A stretch of 64,000 bases of DNA from a phage. The stretch is taken from sequence record NC_111505.1, one strand, 5' to 3'. The notes under the pieces are model-generated. The model did no database searches. It worked only from the letters and a program-made list of their open reading frames with translations, and was not told the DNA's origin. The first letter of the stretch is position 1. Every line of letters begins with the position of its first letter. Shown piece after piece: positions 10,674 to 21,400 of this stretch. The translations under genes were made by a program, and so were the position numbers.

Positions 10674-11359
10674 TAACCCTCCTGTCTAGTTGCGTTTACT
10701 GTAATACTTTCACAATAAATGGTTGTGGTGTCCCAATCAGGTCTTACGTCAGGAACATACAACAAAGTAGCCAGCCCACCAACTCCGAATTGGTTTTCTT
10801 CCCACACCGATCCGAAGCCAAGAGCTGTAGAGTCCCCTTCAAAACCAAAAGCTTGCCCTTGAGATTCTGTAAGACGCAAATGACAAGGCAATGGTAGCAT
10901 GTCTAAGATCTGATCAATAGACTGCAATATGTCAAAGCAAGTTTTTCTAATATTTATGTCAAACCTGAAGTTGTCCCCTTTCCACGTATCGAAATTGTCT
11001 CTTCCGAACAATTGTCGCAAGGTTGAGATGACATCTTCACGAGTCCCGCCTCTCGATGCTGCTGCCTGCTGAATAATCAGGGTGGCACGAAAATCAGCAT
11101 CTGAAAGCCCATTCCGAAGAATACCGAGTTGATTACCAACTTCGTCAAGGTATCTTCCGCTGGCATTGTTAAGCAATCTTCCTTCAGCCAAACCTACCAG
11201 CATCTTATCAACATTCTCCAACCTTTTAAGGTACACGGTTAAGAATGTGACTAAATTAACCTTCTCAGCCAGAAAATCTCCAGGCAGGTAGTCAAGACCC
11301 CCCTGAACAAAATCTGGCAGAGTGTGGATGTGGTTAACATCCGACTTAATCCCTGCCAT
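10673..11359 (-). CDS. putative baseplate protein (228 aa)
   Basis: ORF track; start overlaps the stop of the upstream gene (coupling); synteny only. Confidence 0.35.
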   Translation of the reverse strand: MAGIKSDVNHIHTLPDFVQGGLDYLPGDFLAEKVNLVTFLTVYLKRLENVDKMLVGLAEGRLLNNASGRYLDEVGNQLGILRNGLSDADFRATLIIQQAAASRGGTREDVISTLRQLFGRDNFDTWKGDNFRFDINIRKTCFDILQSIDQILDMLPLPCHLRLTESQGQAFGFEGDSTALGFGSVWEENQFGVGGLATLLYVPDVRPDWDTTTIYCESITVNATRQEG

Positions 11360-11370
11360 ATTCCGCCGCC

Positions 11371-12861
11371 TTAAATAGTTTGTTGGAAAGTTATATTACT
11401 TTCATCGAGGTCAAACACCTCGGTCATGTTTGCAACAATATCGTTTGTGGTGTAAGCTTCGTCAGAGGCTCCCACAGGTTTAACTTGAATTACCAATCTG
11501 TTAAATCTGCCTATCGACACAGCAGCTGATGCAGCACCTACCAATTGGATATTGTACAACGTATCGGCGACATCCAAGCCGTTAACAACCTGCAAAAGAG
11601 CCTCTGTAATGGCATCTTTTTCGGTAGTAGAAAGAGCAGCACCTGAGTAGGTAATTATCATATCCAGGCGGTAAGTGTTTGCCTTAGAATAATAAATCCT
11701 TTCAGTCTGACCGTCTGATGTGGTAATATCGTAGAAGATATTCCCATAAGTTCTGTTTGTGCAAGCTATGGTTTGATACAGCGCCTGACAGATATCCTCT
11801 GTTGCACCACCAAACACCACCACTTGAAACTTATAAGGTGGTATACCTTTCGCATCCGTTTTATCGGTGTTGTTAGAGAACACTCTTACTTTCTCAACAC
11901 CTTTCACTTCGCTTACAGCGCTAAGGATTGCAGGGCGGGTAGCTTTAGATGTCAACTGTTTAGTGCTGGAAGCTCTTAGGCGATACTCTGAGTCCTTCTC
12001 AACATCCCTACCCTCATTGAATCTTTCTCGGTTGGTAAGCTTGATAAATCCGCTGGGAGTAGGCGACATTGTTGTTACAGTTTCTGCCTCTCTTGACAGC
12101 TCACCTGCCTCGTTAGCGATAACATCTAGGGTGATAGTTCTTTCACCTACAATCGGGGATACTCTGAAATCTACTCTGCTATTAAGCCCAACTTGATCAA
12201 GATTCGAATTGTATCCTATCCACAACGTTCCTGTCAACATATCTATCTGAATTAAATCGTCGTTCAACAGGGTTGTGTTATCTACAATAAATTGCTTAAT
12301 CTCGCCGTAAAAGCTTGGTAAATCAGAAGAGTCCAGAGACTTATCGGTTAAAACCAGACTTTTTGTTTTGATACTTCCATCTGTCTGGTTGGTAATTTGA
12401 AAGTTGTATTTACCGATTCTTAGATCTGGAGCGTTTATCCTGTGAGCAATAAGATTCCCCGCCACCTGCACGTCACTGCTAAGAACAAAGTTGCCACTAT
12501 CCAGCGTGTAGGTTTTGGAATCATAAATCATATTGTACGGCACAGTTGTGTTAATTGTCAACTGGCAAGTGCCTGATGATTTAGAACGACCTCTCCGGTA
12601 AATACCTTGCCTTCCAAGAAGTTCATCAAGGTAAATACCTTCTGCCCCATACAGCGTCTGGGATGCGTATACAGATGCTGCCATAAGAATAAGTTGATAC
12701 TCTCGCTCGTTGAAGATAGTGGTCAGCTTATCTGCAACGGAGTTACTTTGTACGTTGAAGTTTTCGCCAAAAGCACGGATCAGGCTTTGCTTAGTTTCAA
12801 CGATTAGGTCATTTAGGGTTGGTATAACGAAACCAGCCTCGGTCAATCCATACTTAGCCAC
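11371..12861 (-). CDS. putative baseplate wedge protein (baseplate-J-like)
   Basis: 496 aa; size and position; weak resemblance to baseplate J family; own promoter-like element upstream. Confidence 0.4.
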   Translation of the reverse strand: MAKYGLTEAGFVIPTLNDLIVETKQSLIRAFGENFNVQSNSVADKLTTIFNEREYQLILMAASVYASQTLYGAEGIYLDELLGRQGIYRRGRSKSSGTCQLTINTTVPYNMIYDSKTYTLDSGNFVLSSDVQVAGNLIAHRINAPDLRIGKYNFQITNQTDGSIKTKSLVLTDKSLDSSDLPSFYGEIKQFIVDNTTLLNDDLIQIDMLTGTLWIGYNSNLDQVGLNSRVDFRVSPIVGERTITLDVIANEAGELSREAETVTTMSPTPSGFIKLTNRERFNEGRDVEKDSEYRLRASSTKQLTSKATRPAILSAVSEVKGVEKVRVFSNNTDKTDAKGIPPYKFQVVVFGGATEDICQALYQTIACTNRTYGNIFYDITTSDGQTERIYYSKANTYRLDMIITYSGAALSTTEKDAITEALLQVVNGLDVADTLYNIQLVGAASAAVSIGRFNRLVIQVKPVGASDEAYTTNDIVANMTEVFDLDESNITFQQTI

Positions 12862-12894
12862 GTCACTCCTCCGGTATGAAAATCTCTACAAGGT

Positions 12895-12923
12895 ATTTTA
12901 CCAAATTTTGTAACAATAGTCAA
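12895..12923 (-). promoter_or_regulatory. sigma70-like promoter upstream of baseplate gene 11371-12861
   Basis: Minus strand TTGACT, 17-nt spacer, TAAAAT. Confidence 0.4.
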
Positions 12924-12930
12924 TCTGAGC

Positions 12931-12962
12931 ATAAAAATAAACCCCGCCGAAGCGGGGCTTTA
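12931..12962 (-). terminator. rho-independent terminator after the 1279-aa fiber gene
   Basis: Minus strand AGCCCCGC-TTCG-GCGGGGT followed by TTATTTTTAT. Confidence 0.6.
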
Positions 12963-12966
12963 AAGG

Positions 12967-15900
12967 TTAGTCGTGAGACTCGTTCCAAGGTCCCTGGAAG
13001 CTAGAGTTTGAACGACTTACTACAACGGTAGGACAGGATATTGTGATGCCTGTCACGTTCCCTGTTGACCACGGCGTGTAAATTTCAACGATAATGTCTA
13101 TGGTTTGTTCTCCAAGGCCTGTTATCCCGATAGCGCACATACCGTCATTGTCGTTTCCGTACTTCTTGCCAGCAAGGAGCTGATGACCAGCTATCCACGC
13201 ATTCAGTTGAGAGTTGGCACGCGTACCGTTCAGTTTAAAGAAGAATGTTACGTTCTTACCTTGGCCTTGTACGTTGTCCACATATCTCCATCTCCAACGG
13301 CAAACCCTTTGCTGGGAGTTATATACTGGAGCACAATCCCCGTAAGTCCTGTGTGCAACAATTGCACCTTCGAACTGGTTAGCGCGGATAACAGAAGCTT
13401 CTACACGACCACGGAAGGTACCTCCGGTTGCATCTATGGTGCCTCTAAAGCTACCATTATTGGCATAAACATCCCCACGGAAGGTACCACTAGTGGCGTT
13501 AACTGCCCCTGTGAAGTTACCAGAACTGGCGTTGATGTTGCCTTTCACCCACACATCCATAAATTGGGCGTGCCCGTTCTTGTTAATATACCAACCGTAT
13601 TTATGGTACCCGTTGCCATCGTAGTTGTTTGACGAAATTTCTTGTGCAATCTTGGCAGAAGAGATCGTCCCGTTCTCTATAAAAGCATCTTTCAAGAACG
13701 CTTGGTTGTTCTTGATTGCGAAAGCAAGGGTTGCTGTTCCATTTCCAGGGTTGTATACCGCAAAGTTGTTTGCACTAACCATGAAGTATGATTGTACTTG
13801 GCCTCCAGAACCTTCCATGCCCAATTGGATACCTGCCACATACTTATTCCCTGCGGAGTCTACCTGTATTTTTGTGCCCCATTGAGCATTTACTTTGCCC
13901 TCTAAGTCGGTCACAGCCTTAGATGTTGTAGCCACTGCAGCTCTTAGCTCTGATACATCCCCAACATCATCAATGATCTCCTGCTTAGCAACAGCAAGTT
14001 CTTGACGAATAGCTGACGCTGTGCCATTAATAAGATCCACGGTTGCTTTGTTGGTATCGGAGATTGTAGCATCTAGAGCTGTTTTTGTGGAGGTCAGTTT
14101 ACCATCCAAATCCGCAATCGCCTGTTTGTTGGTAGAAATCTCCCCACGTGCAGAAGTTATCTGCTCCGACAGTGCGGAGGTTTTCTGATTCAACAAATCT
14201 GTGGTGGCCTTGTTGGTATTGGCAATCAGGGTATTGAGATCAGTTTTTGCGGTAGTTATCTTACCATCAAGGGTGGTATAGTTCTTAGATACTGTCGCGT
14301 TTGTCTGACTGATCTTTTGATCCAGAGTTTCAGAGGTCCTGTTGAGAAGATCCACTGTCGCCTGGTTGGTGCTTAAGATGCTTGCATCAAGTTCCGTTCT
14401 CTGGGTATTGATCTTGCCATCTAGAGTTTTATCTCCAGCAAGGTATCCGCTCTCCACACCACTTATTTGTTCTACCAACTCCCCTTTGGCTGCAACCAAT
14501 TTCTCGTCCAAAGCCTCTGTCTTTTTGTTCAGAAGATCAGTGGTTGCTTTATTGGTTGTCTCAATCAGGGATGCCAATCTTCCACTTTCAGTGTTCAAAT
14601 CGTTGGTGAACTTGTTCTGTGCAGCAACAAGTTTCCTATCCAGCGCTGTGATATTGCCATTGACATCCTCAAACTTCTGAGTTGTCTCTGTAACTACCGC
14701 ACCTATTCTGTCTCCAAGTTGCTGGAATGCCTCATCTACCCTACCATCCATGTACCTGTTAAGTTCTGTGACACGATTTTCAACCTCTTCAATAGAGGAA
14801 TCCAAAGTGCTCATCAACTCTTTATAAGTTTCTGTCTTTTTGAATTCAGCATCTATCTGAGGCATCAAATCCTCAATAGAGGTGTAGCAGCGTGCAGCGC
14901 ATTCTACAAACTGAGAACTGCCAAAAGCGTTTGTGGTCCGAATATACCAATAATAAACCTTATCGTTCTGCAGACCTTCAGATGTCCAAGTTGAACCAAC
15001 ACCCATACGGGTGGCGTTTGAAGTAACGGTTGCATCACTGGTGTCGGGCAACCTTGTCATACCGGATGTCCAAAAGTCATACTGGGTGCTTACACTTGCC
15101 AAATCCCTGCTGTGTGGAATCAAGGTGATAGCAAAGTATCCCTGCTTAACCTCTACAGAAACCGGAGCCTCAGGTGCCTGAATGTTAAACTCGCAGTACG
15201 CTTCTGGAGATACACCACCTTTATAAGATGTTGCAACCACGGTTGCTGTGTATGACCCTTTGGTCAAACCTTCTACTCTGACAAACTGCTCAACTGTCTG
15301 TGCTGTCCAAACAATCTCTCCGTTCTTTCTTACCTGCACAATATTTTGAGCGTAAGTCCCAACGTTGTCCCAAGCTAAAACACCGTGAGTTACTTCTCCA
15401 GCTTGGAGAACGGAATATCTGAAGTTTTGCGGTTGAGCTACACCAGATGGGGATATCGGAATATCTACATCGCCAGAATCCGGAAGTTGCCCTGTGGCAT
15501 CATTCCACTCTTTAGCATCTTGACGAAGTTTTACCTTGACACCGCCCTTTTTGGTGAACTCCCATTCAAGAACCCTCATTTCTTGGCCCACTATACCAAT
15601 ACTTGGGAGGTCCATTGTAACATAACGGCCAGGCTTAAATTTAAAACCTCGCATATTGCAGGTGACTTCAATAATCCTGCCAGCTCTAGCACGTCTTAAG
15701 AAGATTGCAGAAACACGTTGAGCTTGATAAGGACTGGTAACAAAGCGATAGTCTATATCGATTATCTTTCTTTCTCCATCCTTCTCTATCCACTCTGGTA
15801 CAAACACTGATGGGAAATCTGTTTCAGAATACCCTTTGGTCGGACTAGTGAATCTGCCAGTTATTGTGTTAGATCTTTTGTCAAATGAGGCTTCCGGATA

Positions 15901-16806
15901 GATCTTAACCTCACCACAGACACAGTCCTCCCTCAATGTCATTGTTGCCGGACCATAGTATGCACCAACCAGCAAACCATACTTACCAGCAACATAACTA
16001 AGGTCTGCACCGCAAGCTTTCAGCATTTCTGCCATAATACTTGCTGGGGCCTCATCCATGTCAAACTCACCGTTAATGGTGTAACGTCGCTCACTGGTGC
16101 CGTCAGCGTTTTTTACCGCCTCGTCGCATATGTTGGCAGCCTCCCTGAAGGACTCCCAGTTGATGGTTTCGTCAGGACATTTAAGGTATGTTCTTAAATA
16201 GTCCAGAATCACCAAGGCAGCGTTATTGGTATACACCTCTTTACTGGTGCGAGGATCATAGCATTTTTTACCAACCTTAACGAGTGTTACGTTTGGCAAC
16301 CCAAAAGGAAACTTGTTAGGGTCAAACCTAAAGCTGACCCGTAGCCAACTGATCCCTCTGCCTATCATGTCCGGTGACCACGATGGGCAGTGTGTTCCCA
16401 TAAAAGGATCAGAGGTTTTTCTGTCGTTATGTAGCTCCCACGATACCAAATCCCCATACGAAGAAATAGGATTACCGTCGATAAGTATATCTTCTATACC
16501 TTCTAGAGGGTGATTGGCAAGAACAATGGCACAATGGAGGGTTCTGTCTCTATCCTGCTCCAAAAATGCAAGCAATCCAGATGTACGTGTCTTCCCATAT
16601 ACTACAGAACAAGGTGCAGCAGAAGATCTAAGAAGCTTTTGCCTATCTTGCTGACTTCTGTAAGATTTGTTACCCTCGAAAATCTTATCCAGAGTTCTGG
16701 TGGTAACAGTGTTCAGGCTGTCAGCCAGAGCTGCCTTGGATGCGTTCCAGTCATAGCTTGAAGATCTTGCAGAAGCAACGATGTTATCAATCATTGCAAT
16801 TGGCAT
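12967..16806 (-). CDS. large tail fiber/central fibre protein (1279 aa) with internal coiled-coil repeats and C-terminal tip domain
   Basis: N-terminal third resembles host-specificity (lambda J-like) tail tip proteins (GISWLRVSFRFDPNKFPFGLPNV); five repeats of an ~33-aa motif (TNKATTDLLN-type); Gly-rich tip; terminator after stop. Confidence 0.55.
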   Translation of the reverse strand: MPIAMIDNIVASARSSSYDWNASKAALADSLNTVTTRTLDKIFEGNKSYRSQQDRQKLLRSSAAPCSVVYGKTRTSGLLAFLEQDRDRTLHCAIVLANHPLEGIEDILIDGNPISSYGDLVSWELHNDRKTSDPFMGTHCPSWSPDMIGRGISWLRVSFRFDPNKFPFGLPNVTLVKVGKKCYDPRTSKEVYTNNAALVILDYLRTYLKCPDETINWESFREAANICDEAVKNADGTSERRYTINGEFDMDEAPASIMAEMLKACGADLSYVAGKYGLLVGAYYGPATMTLREDCVCGEVKIYPEASFDKRSNTITGRFTSPTKGYSETDFPSVFVPEWIEKDGERKIIDIDYRFVTSPYQAQRVSAIFLRRARAGRIIEVTCNMRGFKFKPGRYVTMDLPSIGIVGQEMRVLEWEFTKKGGVKVKLRQDAKEWNDATGQLPDSGDVDIPISPSGVAQPQNFRYSVLQAGEVTHGVLAWDNVGTYAQNIVQVRKNGEIVWTAQTVEQFVRVEGLTKGSYTATVVATSYKGGVSPEAYCEFNIQAPEAPVSVEVKQGYFAITLIPHSRDLASVSTQYDFWTSGMTRLPDTSDATVTSNATRMGVGSTWTSEGLQNDKVYYWYIRTTNAFGSSQFVECAARCYTSIEDLMPQIDAEFKKTETYKELMSTLDSSIEEVENRVTELNRYMDGRVDEAFQQLGDRIGAVVTETTQKFEDVNGNITALDRKLVAAQNKFTNDLNTESGRLASLIETTNKATTDLLNKKTEALDEKLVAAKGELVEQISGVESGYLAGDKTLDGKINTQRTELDASILSTNQATVDLLNRTSETLDQKISQTNATVSKNYTTLDGKITTAKTDLNTLIANTNKATTDLLNQKTSALSEQITSARGEISTNKQAIADLDGKLTSTKTALDATISDTNKATVDLINGTASAIRQELAVAKQEIIDDVGDVSELRAAVATTSKAVTDLEGKVNAQWGTKIQVDSAGNKYVAGIQLGMEGSGGQVQSYFMVSANNFAVYNPGNGTATLAFAIKNNQAFLKDAFIENGTISSAKIAQEISSNNYDGNGYHKYGWYINKNGHAQFMDVWVKGNINASSGNFTGAVNATSGTFRGDVYANNGSFRGTIDATGGTFRGRVEASVIRANQFEGAIVAHRTYGDCAPVYNSQQRVCRWRWRYVDNVQGQGKNVTFFFKLNGTRANSQLNAWIAGHQLLAGKKYGNDNDGMCAIGITGLGEQTIDIIVEIYTPWSTGNVTGITISCPTVVVSRSNSSFQGPWNESHD

Positions 16807-17243
16807 TAATACCTCCAGACATCAACAACGATAGAATCTTTCATATCGAACGTAAAGATCCCTTTATCACCTTTCGCCCAAATCTGGTTGTTCCAGAACA
16901 CACCAGCGGTGAGGCCGTTCAGACCTTCGAAAATAACAATATCACCACGCTGAACCTGTTTAGGAGTATCCAGTCGAGTCAAAAAGAGATCAAAAATAGT
17001 AGGCAGGTGTGTGGTTTTGAAACGGAGCATGCACCATCTCTTGCTTTCCAACTCTGTTTTATACGTTCCTTCAAAGTTAGAAAGAAAATCTGTTCCGTAT
17101 TGGGCATCAACACATTTAGCCGCAAAAGTGCAACAATCGTGGAATCCCCATTCAAACGGGGCGGTGGCTTCTTCGTCAAATACTTTCCACAATTTTTCTT
17201 GCCAGTCTACTAAACGAGGGTGTGTGCTCATTAAACCTCCCAA
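16806..17243 (-). CDS. putative tail protein (145 aa)
   Basis: ORF track; overlaps neighbours by 1-13 nt (operon packing). Confidence 0.3.
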   Translation of the reverse strand: MGGLMSTHPRLVDWQEKLWKVFDEEATAPFEWGFHDCCTFAAKCVDAQYGTDFLSNFEGTYKTELESKRWCMLRFKTTHLPTIFDLFLTRLDTPKQVQRGDIVIFEGLNGLTAGVFWNNQIWAKGDKGIFTFDMKDSIVVDVWRY

Positions 17244-17797
17244 ATGATCGGGCGGCTCGCCACCTGATCCACATATTTAAAAAATCTGTCATTATCGTTT
17301 CTTGAGCTATGGCTTTCCTCTGTGTATCGGTAAGGAAAACCTCTTAACCAGCTGTTGAAGATGGAAGAGATGGATATGGACAAAGCACTATTCTCCCCTG
17401 TCTGAATAGCCATGTCTGTTATAAGGCCGTCAAACAAGCCATTAGTTGTGACAGGTAAACCATTCTCCATAGCGGTGATATATAACGTGGCACGGCAACC
17501 AGAGTACTCCGTCTTCAGCAGATCGCCAACATATTTAGGATCAAACCCGTTCAATGTTGCTACCACAGATCCGAAGTTGGTGGCATCTTTCTCAGACACA
17601 GCAGTCAATGTTGCTGATCCACCTATCCCTATAAAATGTTGCCCCTCAATCACCACAACACCAGTTCCTGAGCACACCCTGACAGTCCCTGTTGGTAGCT
17701 CTAACTTTGCAGCAATTAAGATTTCAACACCATCAAGCTCTAACTTTTCAAGAAATAAATTATCTAATGGCGCTCTTATCATCTTAGAAATCCTCAA
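17231..17797 (-). CDS. putative tail protein (188 aa)
   Basis: ORF track; synteny. Confidence 0.3.
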   Translation of the reverse strand: MRISKMIRAPLDNLFLEKLELDGVEILIAAKLELPTGTVRVCSGTGVVVIEGQHFIGIGGSATLTAVSEKDATNFGSVVATLNGFDPKYVGDLLKTEYSGCRATLYITAMENGLPVTTNGLFDGLITDMAIQTGENSALSISISSIFNSWLRGFPYRYTEESHSSRNDNDRFFKYVDQVASRPIIWEV

Positions 17798-18374
17798 AGA
17801 AGTTGATAACTATATTGTCACCTTTCTGCATAGCATCAACCTTTTGCTTAATTTTATAAAGATCCCTGATATGAAATCTACCCTTCGGAGATTGAGTTAT
17901 TATCTTCATGGTATCCCCTGCGGCAATAGGTTTCCTAAGTCTTGGGGATATGTTTATAACAGCGGCCCCAACACCATCACTTCGTACTGATGCTGTCACC
18001 ACTTTCAACTCATCATTGACAGATATTTTATCCCCAGCCCTGGCTATATCCCTGTTGGGCTCCCAACCAACCGTCTTCAAAAAATCGTCGTTACCAGTCG
18101 GTCCGAGAGCGATTGGCTCGTTGGAGGTCACTGAATGCCCATAAGCCTTGATGAGAAAAATGTTTCCATCTTTGTAAACCTGATCAACAAAACTTTTAAG
18201 CTCCAACAACTGAGATTCACTGATATTGGAAACCGTCAAAGTACCTTTCCAGTTAGGTGTGGCATAGGTTACTTTTTGCGTCTTACCTGTAAACGGGCTT
18301 TTAAATGTAACGATGTCTGCCAGTAACTCCAATCTAATATCTGGGAGGTATCTAGGCCTTTCCCATAAAAACAT
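17784..18374 (-). CDS. putative tail protein (196 aa)
   Basis: ORF track; synteny. Confidence 0.3.
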   Translation of the reverse strand: MFLWERPRYLPDIRLELLADIVTFKSPFTGKTQKVTYATPNWKGTLTVSNISESQLLELKSFVDQVYKDGNIFLIKAYGHSVTSNEPIALGPTGNDDFLKTVGWEPNRDIARAGDKISVNDELKVVTASVRSDGVGAAVINISPRLRKPIAAGDTMKIITQSPKGRFHIRDLYKIKQKVDAMQKGDNIVINFFEDF

Positions 18375-18435
18375 TGTGCCTCCAGGTTAAACAAATATGA
18401 TAGTTATTTTACCAGATTTTAAGTTAATACGCAAT

Positions 18436-18467
18436 ACAAACAAAAAGCCCCCGCCGAAGCGAGGGCA
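18436..18467 (-). terminator. rho-independent terminator after the 1266-aa fiber gene
   Basis: Minus strand GCCCTCGC-TTCG-GCGGGGGC followed by TTTTTGTTTG. Confidence 0.6.
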
Positions 18468-18473
18468 AAACAG

Positions 18474-21400
18474 TTACTTCAGTTTCTCTTGCAACTCAGT
18501 AACAACCTCCGTCAATTTTTTAACCTGCTCCTCAAGGGCGGTTATTTTATCATCCTGTTCCCTGCAAACCTGGACAAGCAAACCTGTTACAGCTGCGTAG
18601 TCAACGTTATAGAACCTTTCCTCGGTCATCAAAGGAATGCCGTCTTGAGTAGGACCTTCTATTTCCTTCCTTTTCACGAAAGACCCTACTGCCTCTGGCA
18701 ATGCTTCCATAACCTCTTGAGCAATCACGCCTGCATAAGGCATACCATTCTCTTTCAAGGTGTAGGTATAGCCATTCATCTTCCTGATAGCTTCCAGCGC
18801 GTCAGGTATGACCTCTATATTATCCTTCAGATCCCTATCAGAACTTTGACTAACAGTGGTACATACTACCGCACCGTTGACAGCAAAATATCTTGACTTG
18901 GCCTCATCTGCCTTGGCCCCACAGTGGAATACCCAGCTGCCGGTTGTTGAGTTATCACCTATCTGAAACTCCAGCACGTTCTTCCTATCTGCGCCATTGC
19001 CCCAATAGTACAACCTGCCTGTATTAGAAGGCATGTTGGAAGTGTTGGTAACATCCGCTCCACCACCTGTGTGTATTGTAAACTCTGGTTCAAGATTGGA
19101 GCCTTGAGTTTTTAAAGTGATACCCTTACCACCTAGCTGCTGCCAATGGCCCCATGTGAAAACACCACCTATCGTTGTTCCATAACGTAGGAATTTTTCT
19201 CCAAGGTACGATATATATTCCTGTACGCAACTTTCTGGAACGTTGGCGTAGTTCCTGTATACGATAAGCGTACCTGCCTGGGAACATGGGTAGTTTCTAT
19301 CAGGTGTGGCTTGAGCATTGGCCTCCTGATGATAAAAACCCTCCCTATCTCCTTTGTAGTCGTTAAGGTCATTAGTTCCCAACCCTTGACCACGGTGCTG
19401 AATAACTTTGTTCCACGCTCTGTGGTTACCCTGCTCTATGGAACGGGTGTACAGCTGATCTAAACGACCTGCCATCTGGAAAGCATAGTTTCCAGAAAAC
19501 GCCACAGACAACCCGCCAACAACCATTGAACCTTCAGGCCCGTTGACGTTGCCAGCCAGTATTTTGGACGGATTATTATTTCCGAACTGGTTGTTCCAGT
19601 CTGCACCTGTGTGGCATACAAAACCACCAGGGGCCGAGAAAGTACCGTCTTTGTTGAAATTGTAGAATCTGTGAGCGGAACCTACAACATCACGAACAAT
19701 AACTTGACCAGCTTCTGGAGTAGACCTGAACTCTGCTTGACCTTGGAGGCCAGCACCATTACCACATTTAGAGGTAAACGTACCGTTAGTAAGATCATCT
19801 GTCCCATCTGATGCACACTGGAATCCTGCATTAGAGAATAACGCCTTTCTAGGACTGCCGTAGCACAAATAGTCAATACCGTCAGCCCATAGTTCGACTT
19901 TAGGCATGTTCATTTTGCTCATCACCGCATAGCGTTCAGCAGTGCCTATATAGTGCCACTGTGTGCCGCCGCCAGTGTAGAACCCAGAGGTACCTTTGAA
20001 GTCAACAATAGGTCTGGTGTTGGTATTGTTATCTCCAAGAACAGCCAGATTTAAATCTGCTGACTGGAGAGGTGCAACGAACTTAACACCGTCCTGATTG
20101 TTTGTTACAGAGCCGACTTGATAATCTTGCTCTCTGGTAAACACTTCGACAACATTTCTACTTGCGTATATGCTGACAGGGAAAGCACGAGCCTCCGCAT
20201 AGAAAGCAACATACTCTTGTTTACCCCTTGTTGGAGCAACCATCCCAAGAAGTGCTTTTTCATTTTGATAGAAATTCACTACCCCGTAGAAAGAGTCTCC
20301 TCTATCTGTCCAACCACCAGTCCTATAGTGGCACTGTAAGGTGGCGCAGTTCATAGGGTCACCACCGGATGACGATCTGGTGACTAGGGTAATATCAGTG
20401 CCAGTTGCTGGAGCATAGTACGGATCTGTTCTAACGATGATTGGGTAATATTTCCCATCTTCCATACCTGCAGTTCTTGGCAGTGTTAAGAAATCTTTGA
20501 CACCCGCAGCTATAGGAACTTTGAACAGATTCTGAGCATCTGCCAGGGTTGTAGCCCCAGTACCACCCGCTGCCTGAGGTAAAGGTTCCCACTTGGCCTT
20601 CCGGTTGTTATAAACACCCCATTCCAGAGTACCATTACCGGATTCATCCATACCGCCATCCCAGACGACCATCTTAGCGGCTTTCTTGGAACCCCAGAAC
20701 CCTCTTTCTGCCCCTGAACTACGAATCCATTCCCCAAGTCCCCAGTTTGTCAGCTGACCAGTGAGATCCCCGACCTGCATGTACTTAGGACAATCTAATA
20801 CACCATCTTCACGGAATCCTAAATACCGATGAGTTTCAGATCCTTTTGCGCCTTTGTGCAGGTGGACTGTTAACCAAGTCTTATTGTCGTTTCTTACCTC
20901 GGAGTAGATCCTATAACCATGCTCAAGAACACCATCAGCGTCATATTTATCTCCATGGAGAATACCTGAAGCATTTTTAACATCTCCTGAGTATTGAGCT
21001 AAGTAAAGGTGCCCGAAAGCAGGGGAGTTGTTTTTACCAAGGCCGATATGAGATCTGAAGGTGTCATCATTACGAGGTCTGACCATCGGCTGCCATGCAG
21101 TCCACTGGTTTGTGTTGGCCTGATAGGTTCTCAAATACCAAACATCCACGTTAGAGAATGGATAGTATTCCTGACGACAACCTGTACCACCGTTAGCATT
21201 GTTCTGCCAAACAATCAAGTGACCAGCACCAGAACCTGCAGGATAACCATTTGCCTCAGTTGCATTAGCAGTCATCGGCTGATAGTATATGCCGTCCTGA
21301 TTACCAGTCAAGTTATTGATATTGAAATTTGCCTCAAGGGCTGCACGTTGCTTATAGAAAGCACCGATATTGATACGGACTCCAGCGGCATCTCTGGCAC

